From contig JAHDNZ010000021.1 of the NCBI GenBank assembly GCA_018435125.1, positions 5,539-69,538 on the forward strand: a DNA stretch of 64,000 nucleotides, given 5' to 3'. Position numbers and translations under genes: made by a program. How positions within the stretch are numbered: position 1 is the stretch's first letter; each line of letters begins with the position of its first letter. The notes beneath the pieces were generated by a model. That model was not told where the DNA came from, made no database searches, and saw only the letters and a program-made list of their open reading frames with translations. The DNA is from Bacillota bacterium (GTDB taxonomy: Bacteria > Bacillota > DTU065). This document shows, one piece after another, positions 1 to 9,384 of the stretch.

Positions 1-270
1 GTTTGGAACAACAACTCGGCAGTTTATCTGGCTGATAATCTTAAAAAAGCTCGGCGCCGTCCACGGCTCATGTTTGATGTTGGCTTAAGTGATTATGTCT
101 ATGATGCCAACTTAAAATACCATACTACCTTAAAGAAACTGAACATTGACCATATATTTAAGGTGTATCCGGGTAATCATAATTGGGATTATTGGAAAGC
201 TAGACTTCCTGAGCATCTTGAGTTTCACGCTCAGAATCTTAAAAAACCAGAAATATCTTTCGAAGAATAA
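1..270 (+). CDS. 3' end of a putative esterase (esterase D / 'putative esterase' family-like); 5' end outside window
   Basis: Frame is open from base 1 to the stop at 268-270. The tail ...YPGNHNWDYWKARLPEHLEFH resembles the His-containing C-terminus of PF00756-type esterases. Confidence 0.5.
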   Translation, partial: VWNNNSAVYLADNLKKARRRPRLMFDVGLSDYVYDANLKYHTTLKKLNIDHIFKVYPGNHNWDYWKARLPEHLEFHAQNLKKPEISFEE

Positions 271-315
271 TAAATAGCAGGTCGGCGTAATAAATCTACC
301 ATAGGAGGTGGAAAA

Positions 316-660
316 ATGCGCCAGACCTACTGTGTTTTGCTGGGGCTTTTGTTAGCTTTAGCACTATATCTTATAATGTCAGTTGTTTTTGGTTTGTTTG
401 GTTATGCCAACTGGTTTGATATGAGTAGATTAGGCTATGATATCACTCATTATTTAATCGTTGCTATTGCAACTTTTTATGCTGCCAAAAAGGCCGCTTC
501 AAAAGGCTGGCTTATCGGTGCTGTTTTAGGTCTATTAATGGCAGCCTTGTCACTTTTGTTTAACTGGTCGTTAAAAGAACTTGCTGTAACTACACTTGTA
601 CGTAGTGCCATTACTCTTGCAGTCGCTACTATTGCCGGAGCAATCGGTGTTAATATCTAA
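316..660 (+). CDS. small integral membrane protein (TIGR04086/YrzE-like)
   Basis: GGAGG RBS at 305-309. 114 aa with 3-4 hydrophobic helices and a central ...AAKKAASKGWLIGAVLGLL... motif typical of this family. Confidence 0.5.
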   Translation: MRQTYCVLLGLLLALALYLIMSVVFGLFGYANWFDMSRLGYDITHYLIVAIATFYAAKKAASKGWLIGAVLGLLMAALSLLFNWSLKELAVTTLVRSAITLAVATIAGAIGVNI

Positions 661-1000
661 TTAAGCGAACCTCCCCGCAGTCTTCTAAGAGATGTACTAC
701 TTCATCTAGTTTATCTTTGGGAACTTTTAAGGCATAACGGAAGTGACCGATCGGTTCTTTAGGAGGAGAGTCAACTAAACGCCTGTCTACTGTGGTACTG
801 TTACCCACCATCATTGCTCCGGTTGATGGCATATTTAAAAAAAGGCGTCCCATAATACGGGCAAAACCTAAAGGATCATAGCCGGCGGGCATCTTATCAA
901 TGGTTCTTAAGCCCACCGGCTCAATTTTGTGTGGGTATACGCCAAACTGAGTTATTAAATCTTCAGGTTTACCAAAATAATCGCCAATGATTAGACTCAC
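650..1000 (-). CDS. conserved hypothetical protein
   Basis: GTG start preceded by AGGGGTGA RBS. 116-aa ORF with normal composition. No family recognised. Confidence 0.55.
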   Translation of the reverse strand: MSLIIGDYFGKPEDLITQFGVYPHKIEPVGLRTIDKMPAGYDPLGFARIMGRLFLNMPSTGAMMVGNSTTVDRRLVDSPPKEPIGHFRYALKVPKDKLDEVVHLLEDCGEVRLIRY

Positions 1001-1180
1001 CTTATCACCCCTTTGTTATTGTTTCAGTAAAAGCTCTTAAACTTACACAAACCAAGCAGGAAAATGGTGCTTAAACCAAGAATAAATCTTTACGGTACTG
1101 GGAAAAGCCCTTTTTTCTAGTACCGTTTGTTAATTCATAGAAAGGAGTAGCCAAAAGCATAAATTTTGGCGTGTGAAAAA

Positions 1181-1753
1181 ATGAAAAATATTATTCCGGT
1201 AGGTGTTAGTGCCCGTCATGTACATCTATCTAAATCTGATCTAGAAACTTTATTCGGTGAAGGTTATAACCTTACTCTTAAAAAAGAGCTATCCCAACCC
1301 GGTCAGTTTGCTGCCGAAGAGTGTGTTGAGATTGTCGGTAGCAAGAAAAGTTTTCCTTCTGTAAGAATTCTTGGTCCGGTTAGATCAAAATCTCAAGTTG
1401 AGCTATCGTTAACCGATTGTTTTACAATTGGTGTTAAAGCTCCTATCAGAGAATCAGGTGATATAAAAGCATCTGGTAGTGTAAAGATTGTAGGACCTAA
1501 AGGAGAAGTTACAATTCCAGAAGGAGTTATTGTAGCTGCCAGACACCTGCATATGAATCCACATGAAGCCATAGCATTTGGCTTAAAGGATAAACAAAAG
1601 GTAAGAGTTAAAACTACAGGTGAACGAGCTGTTATTTTTGAAAACGTTGTGGTCCGTGTGCGAGAAGATTTCGCTTTAGAAATGCACATTGATACTGACG
1701 AAGCTAATGCAGCTGCTATTGGTAATGGTGCACAAGCCGAGATTATTGATTAG
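1181..1753 (+). CDS. pduL: phosphate propanoyltransferase / phosphotransacylase PduL
   Basis: Duplicated PduL signature: GVSARHVHLS...LFG near the N-terminus and VIVAARHLHM in the second half. The ATG at 1181 is preferred over the upstream TTG at 1166. Confidence 0.88.
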   Translation: MKNIIPVGVSARHVHLSKSDLETLFGEGYNLTLKKELSQPGQFAAEECVEIVGSKKSFPSVRILGPVRSKSQVELSLTDCFTIGVKAPIRESGDIKASGSVKIVGPKGEVTIPEGVIVAARHLHMNPHEAIAFGLKDKQKVRVKTTGERAVIFENVVVRVREDFALEMHIDTDEANAAAIGNGAQAEIID

Positions 1754-1770
1754 GGTCTAGGAGGATTAAT

Positions 1771-1971
1771 ATGCCACTTAGAGAATTTTGCTGCCTGAAA
1801 TGTGGACATATATTTGAAGCCTTAGAAAGAACAAAGGCTGAAAAGATTAGTTGTCCTAGCTGTGGAAGCTTTGAACTAAAAAGAAAATTATCATGTTTTG
1901 CTACCACCGGTAAAAACGACCACTCAGGTTGTTCGTCTTGTCAGGGAGGTTCTTGTTCATCCTGTAGGTAA
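1771..1971 (+). CDS. FmdB-family zinc-ribbon protein
   Basis: AGGAGG RBS. N-terminal MPLREFCCLKCGHIFE...CPSCGS (CxxC-x17-CxxC) and a Cys/Ser/Gly-rich tail, typical of TIGR02605. Confidence 0.8.
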   Translation: MPLREFCCLKCGHIFEALERTKAEKISCPSCGSFELKRKLSCFATTGKNDHSGCSSCQGGSCSSCR

Positions 1972-2026
1972 TTTTATTCTTAAAAAGGTCATACTAACCC
2001 TAGGGGTGTCCGTCTTGTCTAGTGAA

Positions 2027-2206
2027 ATGCAAAGAATGTCTGTCGCTCAAAGCTGCAGTGAGTTTGAACCTAACGAAACAATTATGCGCGGTTTTATGGC
2101 AGCCCAAGACATAAGCTGTAGCTATTGCGACCATTGGTCAAACGAGGAAGATGAATGTCTTTTGAATATTTTCGACAGTCAATTAATGAGTCTAGACCAG
2201 ACCTAA
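2027..2206 (+). CDS. small Cys-containing hypothetical protein (start uncertain)
   Basis: The ORF ends immediately before a strong hairpin terminator. The ATG at 2027 avoids overlap with the FmdB gene. C-x20-CxxC-x9-C pattern. Confidence 0.4.
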   Translation: MQRMSVAQSCSEFEPNETIMRGFMAAQDISCSYCDHWSNEEDECLLNIFDSQLMSLDQT

Positions 2207-2237
2207 TAAAGTAGGGCGTTTTTTCGCCCTACTTTAT
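2206..2237 (+). terminator. hairpin terminator
   Basis: AAAGTAGGGCG-TTTTTT-CGCCCTACTTT perfect 11-bp stem directly after the stop codon. Confidence 0.7.
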
Positions 2238-2460
2238 TAATACTTAATATCTTTTCTAAATGCTGTCTTTTTAAGCAAACAGCCAACTTATTAGGTACAA
2301 ACATTGTTTCTATGGGTATTTATTCAGAAACCTTTTATTTTAAGTAATGAACTTTAATAGCAGGTATTTTAAAATATCTAGCTAATAAAAAAGTATAACT
2401 TTTAAAATGAATTTTTTAGATGGCTAATAACAATAATCTAAGAATTTGGAGGTTGTTATA

Positions 2461-3666
2461 GTGAGAAAAACTAGTTTTGTCCTTTGCCTGGTTTGTCTTT
2501 TAGCTTTAGGTGTCTTGGCAAAAAATAATCAATGGCAACTAGGTCTTGGCTTAAGTGAAATCGGTAATGAATACTATGGCTCCTTAAGTTTTCGACCGGA
2601 TCTTAATTTTGGTAAGTTTGGCATAGGACTATCCTTGAAGGTTAATATTAATCAAAATGGCCTCCGTAAAGAAGATTGGCAGGATAATGGTAAGTTTAAT
2701 CTTGCTAAAACGGTAGCTAATATTATCAGATATGTTCGCTGGGGTAGACTTGGAGACGAGTTATATATTAGGTTGGGCGAGTTGGATAATGTTATTATAG
2801 GTAATGGTTTAATAATGGACGGTTATCGCAACCTTTCTTCGGAAGAAATAAAAGCTGATTTAAGACGGCTTGGTGTCGAAATTGGAGGAGACGTTGGTAT
2901 TGTTGGTGCTCATGTAATGGTTAATAATGCCCTAAATCCTGAAGTTTTTGCCCTGCGACCCTATGTGAGGCCATTTTATTTGGTTGATGCCATGCCACAG
3001 TTTATACAGAATTCTTCGATAGGTGTTATTTATACTAGAGATTCTAGAGAACTAAGTAAAATGCCTTATGCTTTTGGTTTAGATCTCACAGTTCCGCTTT
3101 TAAACTATCTAGCTGTTTATGGACAGACTGCGGAGCTCGCCAATAAATCCAGAGGCTATTCAATTGGTGCTAGATCATTTATCGGGCCTTTATATATCAG
3201 AGGAGAATACCGTCATTTTGACAACAATTTTATTCCTGCAGTTTATAATTGGGAATATGAAAACAAAGATGCTACCTTAAAACCCTTAAATGAAAAAGCA
3301 AAAGGTTATTTGGCAGAAGCCGGTGTTAATCTCCTAGATGAAGGATTGAAGCTTCATCTTCAATATGAAAACATGATATTTTCTAATCGTGATCCGGTTC
3401 CAGCCTTAACAGGTACTGCGGAAGTGACACCAAGCTTATTTGCTTCACTTACCGGACGCAAAGGCCAGATTGAAGCGTCTTACGCCCAGATTAATTATGT
3501 GAAAGTCAATGAACTAGCTAACTCAAACACTAAAATCGATGCCAAATTATCTGTTGAGTTATACAAAGGATTAATGGGTAGTTATATTTATAAAATTACT
3601 TATAACCAAGATAAAACACCTGTAAGATTCCAGGCTTTTGAAGTTTCTTTGGGAGGTTCTTTTTAA
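2461..3666 (+). CDS. predicted outer-membrane beta-barrel protein
   Basis: GGAGG RBS then GTG. Signal peptide VRKTSFVLCLVCLLALGVLA. Alternating aromatic/polar strand pattern. C-terminal ...FEVSLGGSF ends in Phe like beta-barrel assembly signals. Confidence 0.6.
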   Translation: MRKTSFVLCLVCLLALGVLAKNNQWQLGLGLSEIGNEYYGSLSFRPDLNFGKFGIGLSLKVNINQNGLRKEDWQDNGKFNLAKTVANIIRYVRWGRLGDELYIRLGELDNVIIGNGLIMDGYRNLSSEEIKADLRRLGVEIGGDVGIVGAHVMVNNALNPEVFALRPYVRPFYLVDAMPQFIQNSSIGVIYTRDSRELSKMPYAFGLDLTVPLLNYLAVYGQTAELANKSRGYSIGARSFIGPLYIRGEYRHFDNNFIPAVYNWEYENKDATLKPLNEKAKGYLAEAGVNLLDEGLKLHLQYENMIFSNRDPVPALTGTAEVTPSLFASLTGRKGQIEASYAQINYVKVNELANSNTKIDAKLSVELYKGLMGSYIYKITYNQDKTPVRFQAFEVSLGGSF

Positions 3667-3684
3667 AACATCCTTAGATATAGC

Positions 3685-3715
3685 GCTAATAGCTCCTTTT
3701 AAAGGAGCTATTAGC
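3685..3715 (+). terminator. hairpin terminator
   Basis: GCTAATAGCTCC...GGAGCTATTAGC perfect inverted repeat downstream of the barrel gene. Confidence 0.65.
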
Positions 3716-3829
3716 ATAATATAACCTATTAATTATAATTATTGACCTATGTTAAATAGAGGATTCAATAAAATCTCTGTCGAATTATTTTATGAGATCA
3801 AAATGTAGAAAAGGAATAGGGGGATGAGC

Positions 3830-4612
3830 ATGGATAACAAAACAACTGTTATTATTGTTTCAGTGTTAGCAGCCTTATTAATCGCTGGGGGAGCAATTTT
3901 CTATGTAAATAACAGTAAAGCTAAAAAAATTGAAACCATGGAGGCTCAGATTTTTAGCGATGATGTCGAAGTACCTAAAGCTGAAGTTAAAACGCAAACA
4001 GCTAATAATTTAGCAGATCTCAAACTACCTGATATTCTCAAGGATAAAAAAGCCGATTTTGTTGAAGATTTTAACGATCTAAATAACTGGGTTGAAGAGG
4101 AAGATTTCGAATTTAACAAATGGGCTATCACTACTAAGGGTGAACTTGAAGTTAAAGATGGTATTCTTTTGAGAAAATCAGCCGGTACCTCCGGGCTAAA
4201 GCTGAAAGATGTTGAAATTAAAGATGCTGCTGTTGCCATAAAGCTCAGAGTAAATCAAAAACCTGAATCAGGTGCAGTAGGTACTAGAATTCATTTAAGA
4301 AACTCTGAAGACCACTGGTGTTATGGTTTAGGTGTTAACGTCACTACTTATAGCTATGAGCTGGCAAACTGGCATGGCAAGGGTGAGGCCAAAACTGCTG
4401 TATCAACCCCTGCGTCTCCTCAAAGTCAACTTGATGTAGAAAAATCATGGGTAACGGTGACTGCAGTTGTTAAAGGCAATAAACTAAGCTATTATATTGA
4501 TGGCCAACTTGTAGCTGAAGTTGAAGAAGATGCTTTTCCTGAAAAAGGCAACCTTTTCTTAAGTGTTACTCACTTGATGGAACTTGATAAAGTTGCGGTA
4601 TTTAAACTCTAA
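3830..4612 (+). CDS. membrane-anchored DUF1080/LamG-like (concanavalin-like) domain protein
   Basis: N-terminal TM helix TTVIIVSVLAALLIAGGAIFYV. C-terminal domain with W..TKGELEVKDGIL and ...KGNKLSYYIDGQLV motifs typical of DUF1080. The ATG at 3830 has better RBS spacing than 3824. Confidence 0.6.
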   Translation: MDNKTTVIIVSVLAALLIAGGAIFYVNNSKAKKIETMEAQIFSDDVEVPKAEVKTQTANNLADLKLPDILKDKKADFVEDFNDLNNWVEEEDFEFNKWAITTKGELEVKDGILLRKSAGTSGLKLKDVEIKDAAVAIKLRVNQKPESGAVGTRIHLRNSEDHWCYGLGVNVTTYSYELANWHGKGEAKTAVSTPASPQSQLDVEKSWVTVTAVVKGNKLSYYIDGQLVAEVEEDAFPEKGNLFLSVTHLMELDKVAVFKL

Positions 4613-4649
4613 AAATAAAGAAGACGCCAAAAAGGCGTCTTCTTTATTT
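4613..4649 (+). terminator. rho-independent terminator
   Basis: AAATAAAGAAGACGCC-AAAAA-GGCGTCTTCTTTATTT, a 16-bp stem. Confidence 0.85.
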
Positions 4650-4702
4650 CAAAAGGCAGGAATTATTAATTTACAGTGGAATTAATATTATAGTATTAGC
4701 TT

Positions 4703-5314
4703 ATGGTTAAGAAAGGAAGGAGTGTTTTGCGTAAGTTATTTATCATAATAGTCCTGACAATGGTTTTAATTACCTCTACTTTAGCAGCTCAGGTAAATAT
4801 AGCCAAAGGCAAGGAGTATTTTTTAAAGTATGCAGCAGATCCCAAATACCCTGATGATGGAACCAAATTAACTGATGGACGTTATGGATATCCGGATTAC
4901 AAGGATTCAACCTGGGTAGGCACCACCAGAAAAGATCAGATTATTGTTGTCGATTTGAAAGATCTCTATAAGATCGATAAAGTTTCTATAAATTTTTTAA
5001 GATCTAATGATGAAGCGGTGTTTTTACCTGCTAGAATTGATGTGGCTATTTCTGAAGATGGTATTAAATGGCAAAGCATTAATAGTATTGCTCTAGATAA
5101 CAAAAAAATGCCTCCTGGCAAGATAATTACTTATAAACATAGCGTTGAAAAAATAAATCAAAAAGCTCGCTTTATAGCTTTTAAGACAATTAGTACAGTT
5201 TGGCTTTTTATGGATGAGATCGAAGTTTTAGGAGATAGCTCAAGCAAGTCAAAAGCACCCAAAGGACTCTATGTTGACGAAATTGAGCTAGATCTTATTG
5301 ACTTTGAATCTTAA
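4703..5314 (+). CDS. secreted discoidin (F5/8 type C / CBM32-like) domain protein, paralogue 1
   Basis: Signal peptide. YPDDGTKLTDGRYG ... WLFMDEIEVLGD motifs. An alternative TTG start at 4727 follows the AAGGAAGGAG RBS. Confidence 0.6.
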   Translation: MVKKGRSVLRKLFIIIVLTMVLITSTLAAQVNIAKGKEYFLKYAADPKYPDDGTKLTDGRYGYPDYKDSTWVGTTRKDQIIVVDLKDLYKIDKVSINFLRSNDEAVFLPARIDVAISEDGIKWQSINSIALDNKKMPPGKIITYKHSVEKINQKARFIAFKTISTVWLFMDEIEVLGDSSSKSKAPKGLYVDEIELDLIDFES

Positions 5315-5334
5315 TAAAACGGGGGTGTATGTTG

Positions 5335-5925
5335 ATGAAAAAAAGTTTTTGGATTGTTTTAGCAGTATGTTTATTCTCAGTTGCTATCCTTGCCGCACCA
5401 ACAAATTTAGCTTTGAAAAAGGAGTACATCTTTAATATTGATGCCCATACTAACTATCCAGATGAGGGTACTAAGTTAACTGACGGTATCTATGCTAATG
5501 TAGCTTATAACGATCCCAATATGTTGGCTCATTTAAGAGAAGATTTTCGCATTGTAATTATCGATCTCAAAGATGTTTATAAAATTGATAAAGTCTATGC
5601 TAACTTTTTAAATTCCGGCGGTGTAGGTTGCTATATGCCATTGCTTTTCAGTCTTGCTGTATCACAAGATGGTAAGAGATGGAAGATTTTAGATTATCAA
5701 GAATATACTGAGGATGATTTCCCCAAAGTAGGCGATTATGTAAATAAATTTGAATTCAAAACCAAAGGTGAGAAAGCACGATATGTCGCTCTAAAGTTTA
5801 GCACCGAAATTTGGGTCTTTATGGATGAGATGGAAGTTATCGGTGATCCAGATACTAAAGAGCCAGCTCCGAAAGGATACAGTCTAGGCGATATAGATTT
5901 TGAAGAAATAGATTTTGATTTCTAA
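5335..5925 (+). CDS. secreted discoidin (F5/8 type C / CBM32-like) domain protein, paralogue 2
   Basis: Collinear with the upstream gene (YPDEGTKLTDGIYA ... WVFMDEMEVIGD). Signal peptide. The ATG at 5335 has better spacing to the GGGGG RBS. Confidence 0.6.
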   Translation: MKKSFWIVLAVCLFSVAILAAPTNLALKKEYIFNIDAHTNYPDEGTKLTDGIYANVAYNDPNMLAHLREDFRIVIIDLKDVYKIDKVYANFLNSGGVGCYMPLLFSLAVSQDGKRWKILDYQEYTEDDFPKVGDYVNKFEFKTKGEKARYVALKFSTEIWVFMDEMEVIGDPDTKEPAPKGYSLGDIDFEEIDFDF

Positions 5926-5953
5926 ATAATGGCGGCCATTAGGCCGCCATTAT
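5926..5953 (+). terminator. hairpin terminator
   Basis: ATAATGGCGGCC-ATTA-GGCCGCCATTAT, a GC-rich 12-bp stem. Confidence 0.8.
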
Positions 5954-5969
5954 TGTGAGGTGTTGAGCT

Positions 5970-7025
5970 TTGGATGTTATAAAGATAGTAAATCAAATAC
6001 CGGCAGGGTTTCAATCCACAGATGGGCTAAAGCTAATAAACCAGGGAGATACTCTTTCAGACTGGGAAGCTAAAAGAACTGTAATTAAAGAAAAATGGCT
6101 TGATTTTCTTGGCCAGCCACCTTATGAGAGGTTTATACCTAAAGTGCAAGAAAGCAGTTGGGAAGAACATGATAACTTTATTGGCAAATTGGTTTATATA
6201 CAAACAGAGCCAGATTATTACGAGAAAACCTATTTATTAATACCTAAAAATCTAAAAGAGAAAAACCCTGCGATGTTGGTATTATATTATGATATTGATA
6301 CTATGATAGGTGAAAATCGTGGCGGAGATCACTTTATGGATACTCCCAATCGTTTTTTTGCTTTAGAACTGGTCAAAAGAGGTTATGTAGTTCAAGTTAT
6401 GCGTTGGTTTTACCAAGGCTATAAAGATGACTCTTATGGCTATACAGGCCTTAGTGACAAACAAAAAACCGCTTATCAATCTTTCTATGGAGAAAACTAT
6501 CTCAAAGGTGTAGCCAGAATAAACAAAATCTATCCGGGTTTAAAGGGGCTTGCTAAAGTTTCTAATGATGCTAGCTATACCCTAGATTACCTTAGTGCCC
6601 TACCGTATGTAGATAACGATTTAATCGGAGTAATTGGACATTCTTTGGGAGGAAAAATGAGTCTTTATGTGGCTGCTTTTGATAAACGCATCAAAGCTTC
6701 TGTCATTAGCGAACTAGGTATTGGCATCTCCTTTTGTAACTGGGATGCACCTTGGTATTTAGGAGAGGAAGTAAAAGAACCAGGTTTTAATCTTGATCAT
6801 CATCAACTTCTAGGGCTTATTGCTCCGAGGCCGGTTTTACTTTTAGCAGGTGATGATAGCGATAATAACGCTAGTTGGCATTATATCAATGCAGCAAAAG
6901 AAGTATATAATCTTTACGGTAAAAAGGATGCTATAGGTCTTTATAATCATCATTGTGGCCATGAGCCTCAAAAACAAGCTATGTCTTTAGCCTATGACTG
7001 GCTGGACTATTATTTAAAAGTTTAA
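5970..7025 (+). CDS. alpha/beta hydrolase (dienelactone hydrolase / carbohydrate-esterase-like)
   Basis: TTG start after GTGAGGTG. Nucleophile elbow GHSLGG (IGHSLGGKMSLYVAA). Late conserved His (HHCGHEP). Confidence 0.65.
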   Translation: MDVIKIVNQIPAGFQSTDGLKLINQGDTLSDWEAKRTVIKEKWLDFLGQPPYERFIPKVQESSWEEHDNFIGKLVYIQTEPDYYEKTYLLIPKNLKEKNPAMLVLYYDIDTMIGENRGGDHFMDTPNRFFALELVKRGYVVQVMRWFYQGYKDDSYGYTGLSDKQKTAYQSFYGENYLKGVARINKIYPGLKGLAKVSNDASYTLDYLSALPYVDNDLIGVIGHSLGGKMSLYVAAFDKRIKASVISELGIGISFCNWDAPWYLGEEVKEPGFNLDHHQLLGLIAPRPVLLLAGDDSDNNASWHYINAAKEVYNLYGKKDAIGLYNHHCGHEPQKQAMSLAYDWLDYYLKV

Positions 7026-7212
7026 GTGACATACATTATTGATTTTTATGGCTTCATTTATAAAAATATAATTAGGTGGATAGAATATCTTAGCTAAACT
7101 TGCTTAATTATTAATGGAAAGAGCAAACAGCTTTTATCTAAATGAACAAGGAGGGAATGTAAGTAAAGCGTATTAGGTCATAAGCTTATTCTAATATCTT
7201 TACTTACTTAAA

Positions 7213-7566
7213 ATGGAAAACCAAAAAAGATTCAAGTTTAAATGGTTCCCAAGAATATTATCAATTGTCTTTATCTTGTTTTTATCATTGTTTGCCACTG
7301 ATGTTTTCCTTATGGAAGGGCCACTATTTCAAAAAATAGCTGGTTTTCTAATCCATCTAATACCGTCTTTTTGCTTGCTTTTTTTCTTATTGGTGGCTTG
7401 GAGAAAACCTAAAGAGGGAGGATATCTGTTTCTTATTTTAAGTTTAATTTTTACACTCCGTTTTCAAACCTATAAAAATATTTATTCTTTCCTTTTAATT
7501 TCGTTGCCGCTTCTAATAGTTGGGATTTGTTTTTTGATTGAAAATAGGTTAGATCAAAAAAGCTAA
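7213..7566 (+). CDS. small polytopic membrane protein, unknown function
   Basis: 117 aa with four hydrophobic helices. No family recognised. Confidence 0.5.
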   Translation: MENQKRFKFKWFPRILSIVFILFLSLFATDVFLMEGPLFQKIAGFLIHLIPSFCLLFFLLVAWRKPKEGGYLFLILSLIFTLRFQTYKNIYSFLLISLPLLIVGICFLIENRLDQKS

Positions 7567-7590
7567 GAAAAAACTGGAGATCGATGTTTA

Positions 7591-7631
7591 AAAAATCACC
7601 TTAAGCCAGCTTTACGGTTTAAGGTGATTTA
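7591..7631. terminator. bidirectional hairpin between convergent genes
   Basis: AAAAATCACCTTAA...TTAAGGTGATTT, a 12-bp stem flanked by A and T runs. Confidence 0.7.
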
Positions 7632-7655
7632 TTATCATTTTTATAATTTAATCAA

Positions 7656-8504
7656 TTAAAGAGGAGTGGTTTGGTCAGAATTTTTAGTAAGGAAACCAAA
7701 AAAGTAAGGAGCAATAAACATAGCAAATAAACCGATGAGAAAATATCGTAAGGCATCACTATATAAACTTGCAGGTAAAATAGCTTTAAGTCCACTTTTA
7801 ATGGCCAAGACCCCTAGTAATCCGCTTAAGACTTTGATAATTTGAATAAGCAAGGGAGCCTTTTCCTGGAAATGGAGATAGCGTTTTTCTAAATAGCCAC
7901 CTAAAAGAAGTCCAACCAAAGTTCCGGCTATCTTGAAATAATCTGCATTTAGGAAAAAAGGTAGACTGGCAAGAATTAAAGCTGAAAGAACTAAAAGAGA
8001 TTCGGGTCTTTCTTCCATCCAAGTGAGAATTTTATCAAAAATTAAAGCCCAGAGTATACCAATAATTAATCCTGCTATAACATCACTTAGATAATGAACA
8101 CCCAAGTAGATACGGGAAAGACCAACAAGCACTATCAAGATTGCTGCTAAAATAGAAAACCAGTGTCCTTTTACCATTAATGCCAGCTTTGTCCAAATGG
8201 AGGCCGTAAATTGAGTATGTCCCGAGGGGAAAGAATAACCTCCGGCAGTCTCTAACCTTAAGGAGCGAATGCCTTTGCCACCGATGGGTCTTTGTATTTT
8301 GAATATTTGTTTGATACCCGCATTAAGAGCACCTGAGCTAAGAGCTATAAGACCTAAATGCCAACCTTCTTTTTTGTTGATACACCAGATTATTACTAAA
8401 GCTAAGATTATAAAGAAGGTATCTTCACCAACCATTGTTATAGCTTGAGCGAGAGAATCAAATAGAGGTGTATGGAAAGATTGCACAAAGCGAATTACTT
8501 CCAA
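7656..8504 (-). CDS. PAP2-family lipid phosphatase with extra C-terminal membrane domain
   Basis: PAP2 motifs KQIFKIQRP, PSGHT, SRIYLGVHYLSDV. Multiple TM helices. Confidence 0.8.
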   Translation of the reverse strand: MEVIRFVQSFHTPLFDSLAQAITMVGEDTFFIILALVIIWCINKKEGWHLGLIALSSGALNAGIKQIFKIQRPIGGKGIRSLRLETAGGYSFPSGHTQFTASIWTKLALMVKGHWFSILAAILIVLVGLSRIYLGVHYLSDVIAGLIIGILWALIFDKILTWMEERPESLLVLSALILASLPFFLNADYFKIAGTLVGLLLGGYLEKRYLHFQEKAPLLIQIIKVLSGLLGVLAIKSGLKAILPASLYSDALRYFLIGLFAMFIAPYFFGFLTKNSDQTTPL

Positions 8505-8742
8505 AACAAAAACCTCCTAATATCTTTTTTAAATTAATTCAATTGAAAAATTAAAGCTCCTGCTTTTTCCAGTGAACCTTGATTTACTAGCTAGCGCTAT
8601 AATAGACTTAGGTTGTAAATAAAACTGCCTCTAGAAATGCAAGCTGGCTTTTACAGCAAAAAATGTAGGCTGTATTAATTTAAAAAAAATTTGTTGGCAA
8701 CTAAAAAGCTAGCTAAGCAAGCTATATGAAAGGAGAAACATC

Positions 8743-9195
8743 ATGAGCTATCTAAAAGAGCTTCGCGAAATTGTAGGCCATAGACCTTTATTAACGATTG
8801 GGGCTACCATTATAGTCATTAACGACCAGAAAGAAATATTACTTAACCTTCGTTCAGACACGAATACTTGGGGGATCCCCGGAGGGGCAATGGAACTAGG
8901 CGAAACAATTGAAGAAACAGCTGCCAGAGAGCTGTTAGAAGAAACCGGACTGTGTGCTAAAAACTATAAATTGCTAACTGTATTATCCGGAGAAGAATTC
9001 TTTTTTATATATCCCAATGGAGATAAACTATACTCCGTAGTGGTTTTATTTAAAGCGGAGCAAGTAACCGGAAAGCTTACCATAAATGATGACGAAAGTT
9101 ATTTGCTAAAATATTTTAGTTTTGCTAATCTTCCCACTCTGGAAAAAAGAGCAGCAGCAATTATTAAGTGGTTAAAAGAAAACGGTAGGTATTAA
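8743..9195 (+). CDS. NUDIX hydrolase
   Basis: Nudix box GGAMELGETIEETAARELLEETG. Confidence 0.85.
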   Translation: MSYLKELREIVGHRPLLTIGATIIVINDQKEILLNLRSDTNTWGIPGGAMELGETIEETAARELLEETGLCAKNYKLLTVLSGEEFFFIYPNGDKLYSVVVLFKAEQVTGKLTINDDESYLLKYFSFANLPTLEKRAAAIIKWLKENGRY

Positions 9196-9347
9196 TTTAC
9201 ATACAGGATTATTAGCATCTTTGGTAATAGAAAATTGAATTATAAAGGAAAAATCATTCTTCTTGCAAATAAAGAAGAGGCATTTATCAGTAGATGAATT
9301 TAGAAAAGGCCCTGATTGTATTACTGATAGAATAAAAACTTAAGTTT

Positions 9348-9384
9348 CCAATAAGGCTTAAAATCAACTTTTAAGCCTTATTGG
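9348..9384 (+). terminator. orphan strong hairpin in a long intergenic region
   Basis: CCAATAAGGCTTAAAA-TCAAC-TTTTAAGCCTTATTGG, a perfect 16-bp stem about 150 nt after the nearest stop codon. Confidence 0.5.

Noticed and set aside
1393-1689. 98-aa ORF antisense to pduL
   Set aside because: It lies entirely inside a confidently identified CDS on the other strand. It has low-complexity Ser/Thr/Cys-rich composition and no RBS.
1898-2026. Upstream extension of the small Cys-protein ORF overlapping the FmdB gene
   Set aside because: It would overlap the FmdB-family CDS by 74 nt in another frame. The downstream ATG at 2027 is more plausible.
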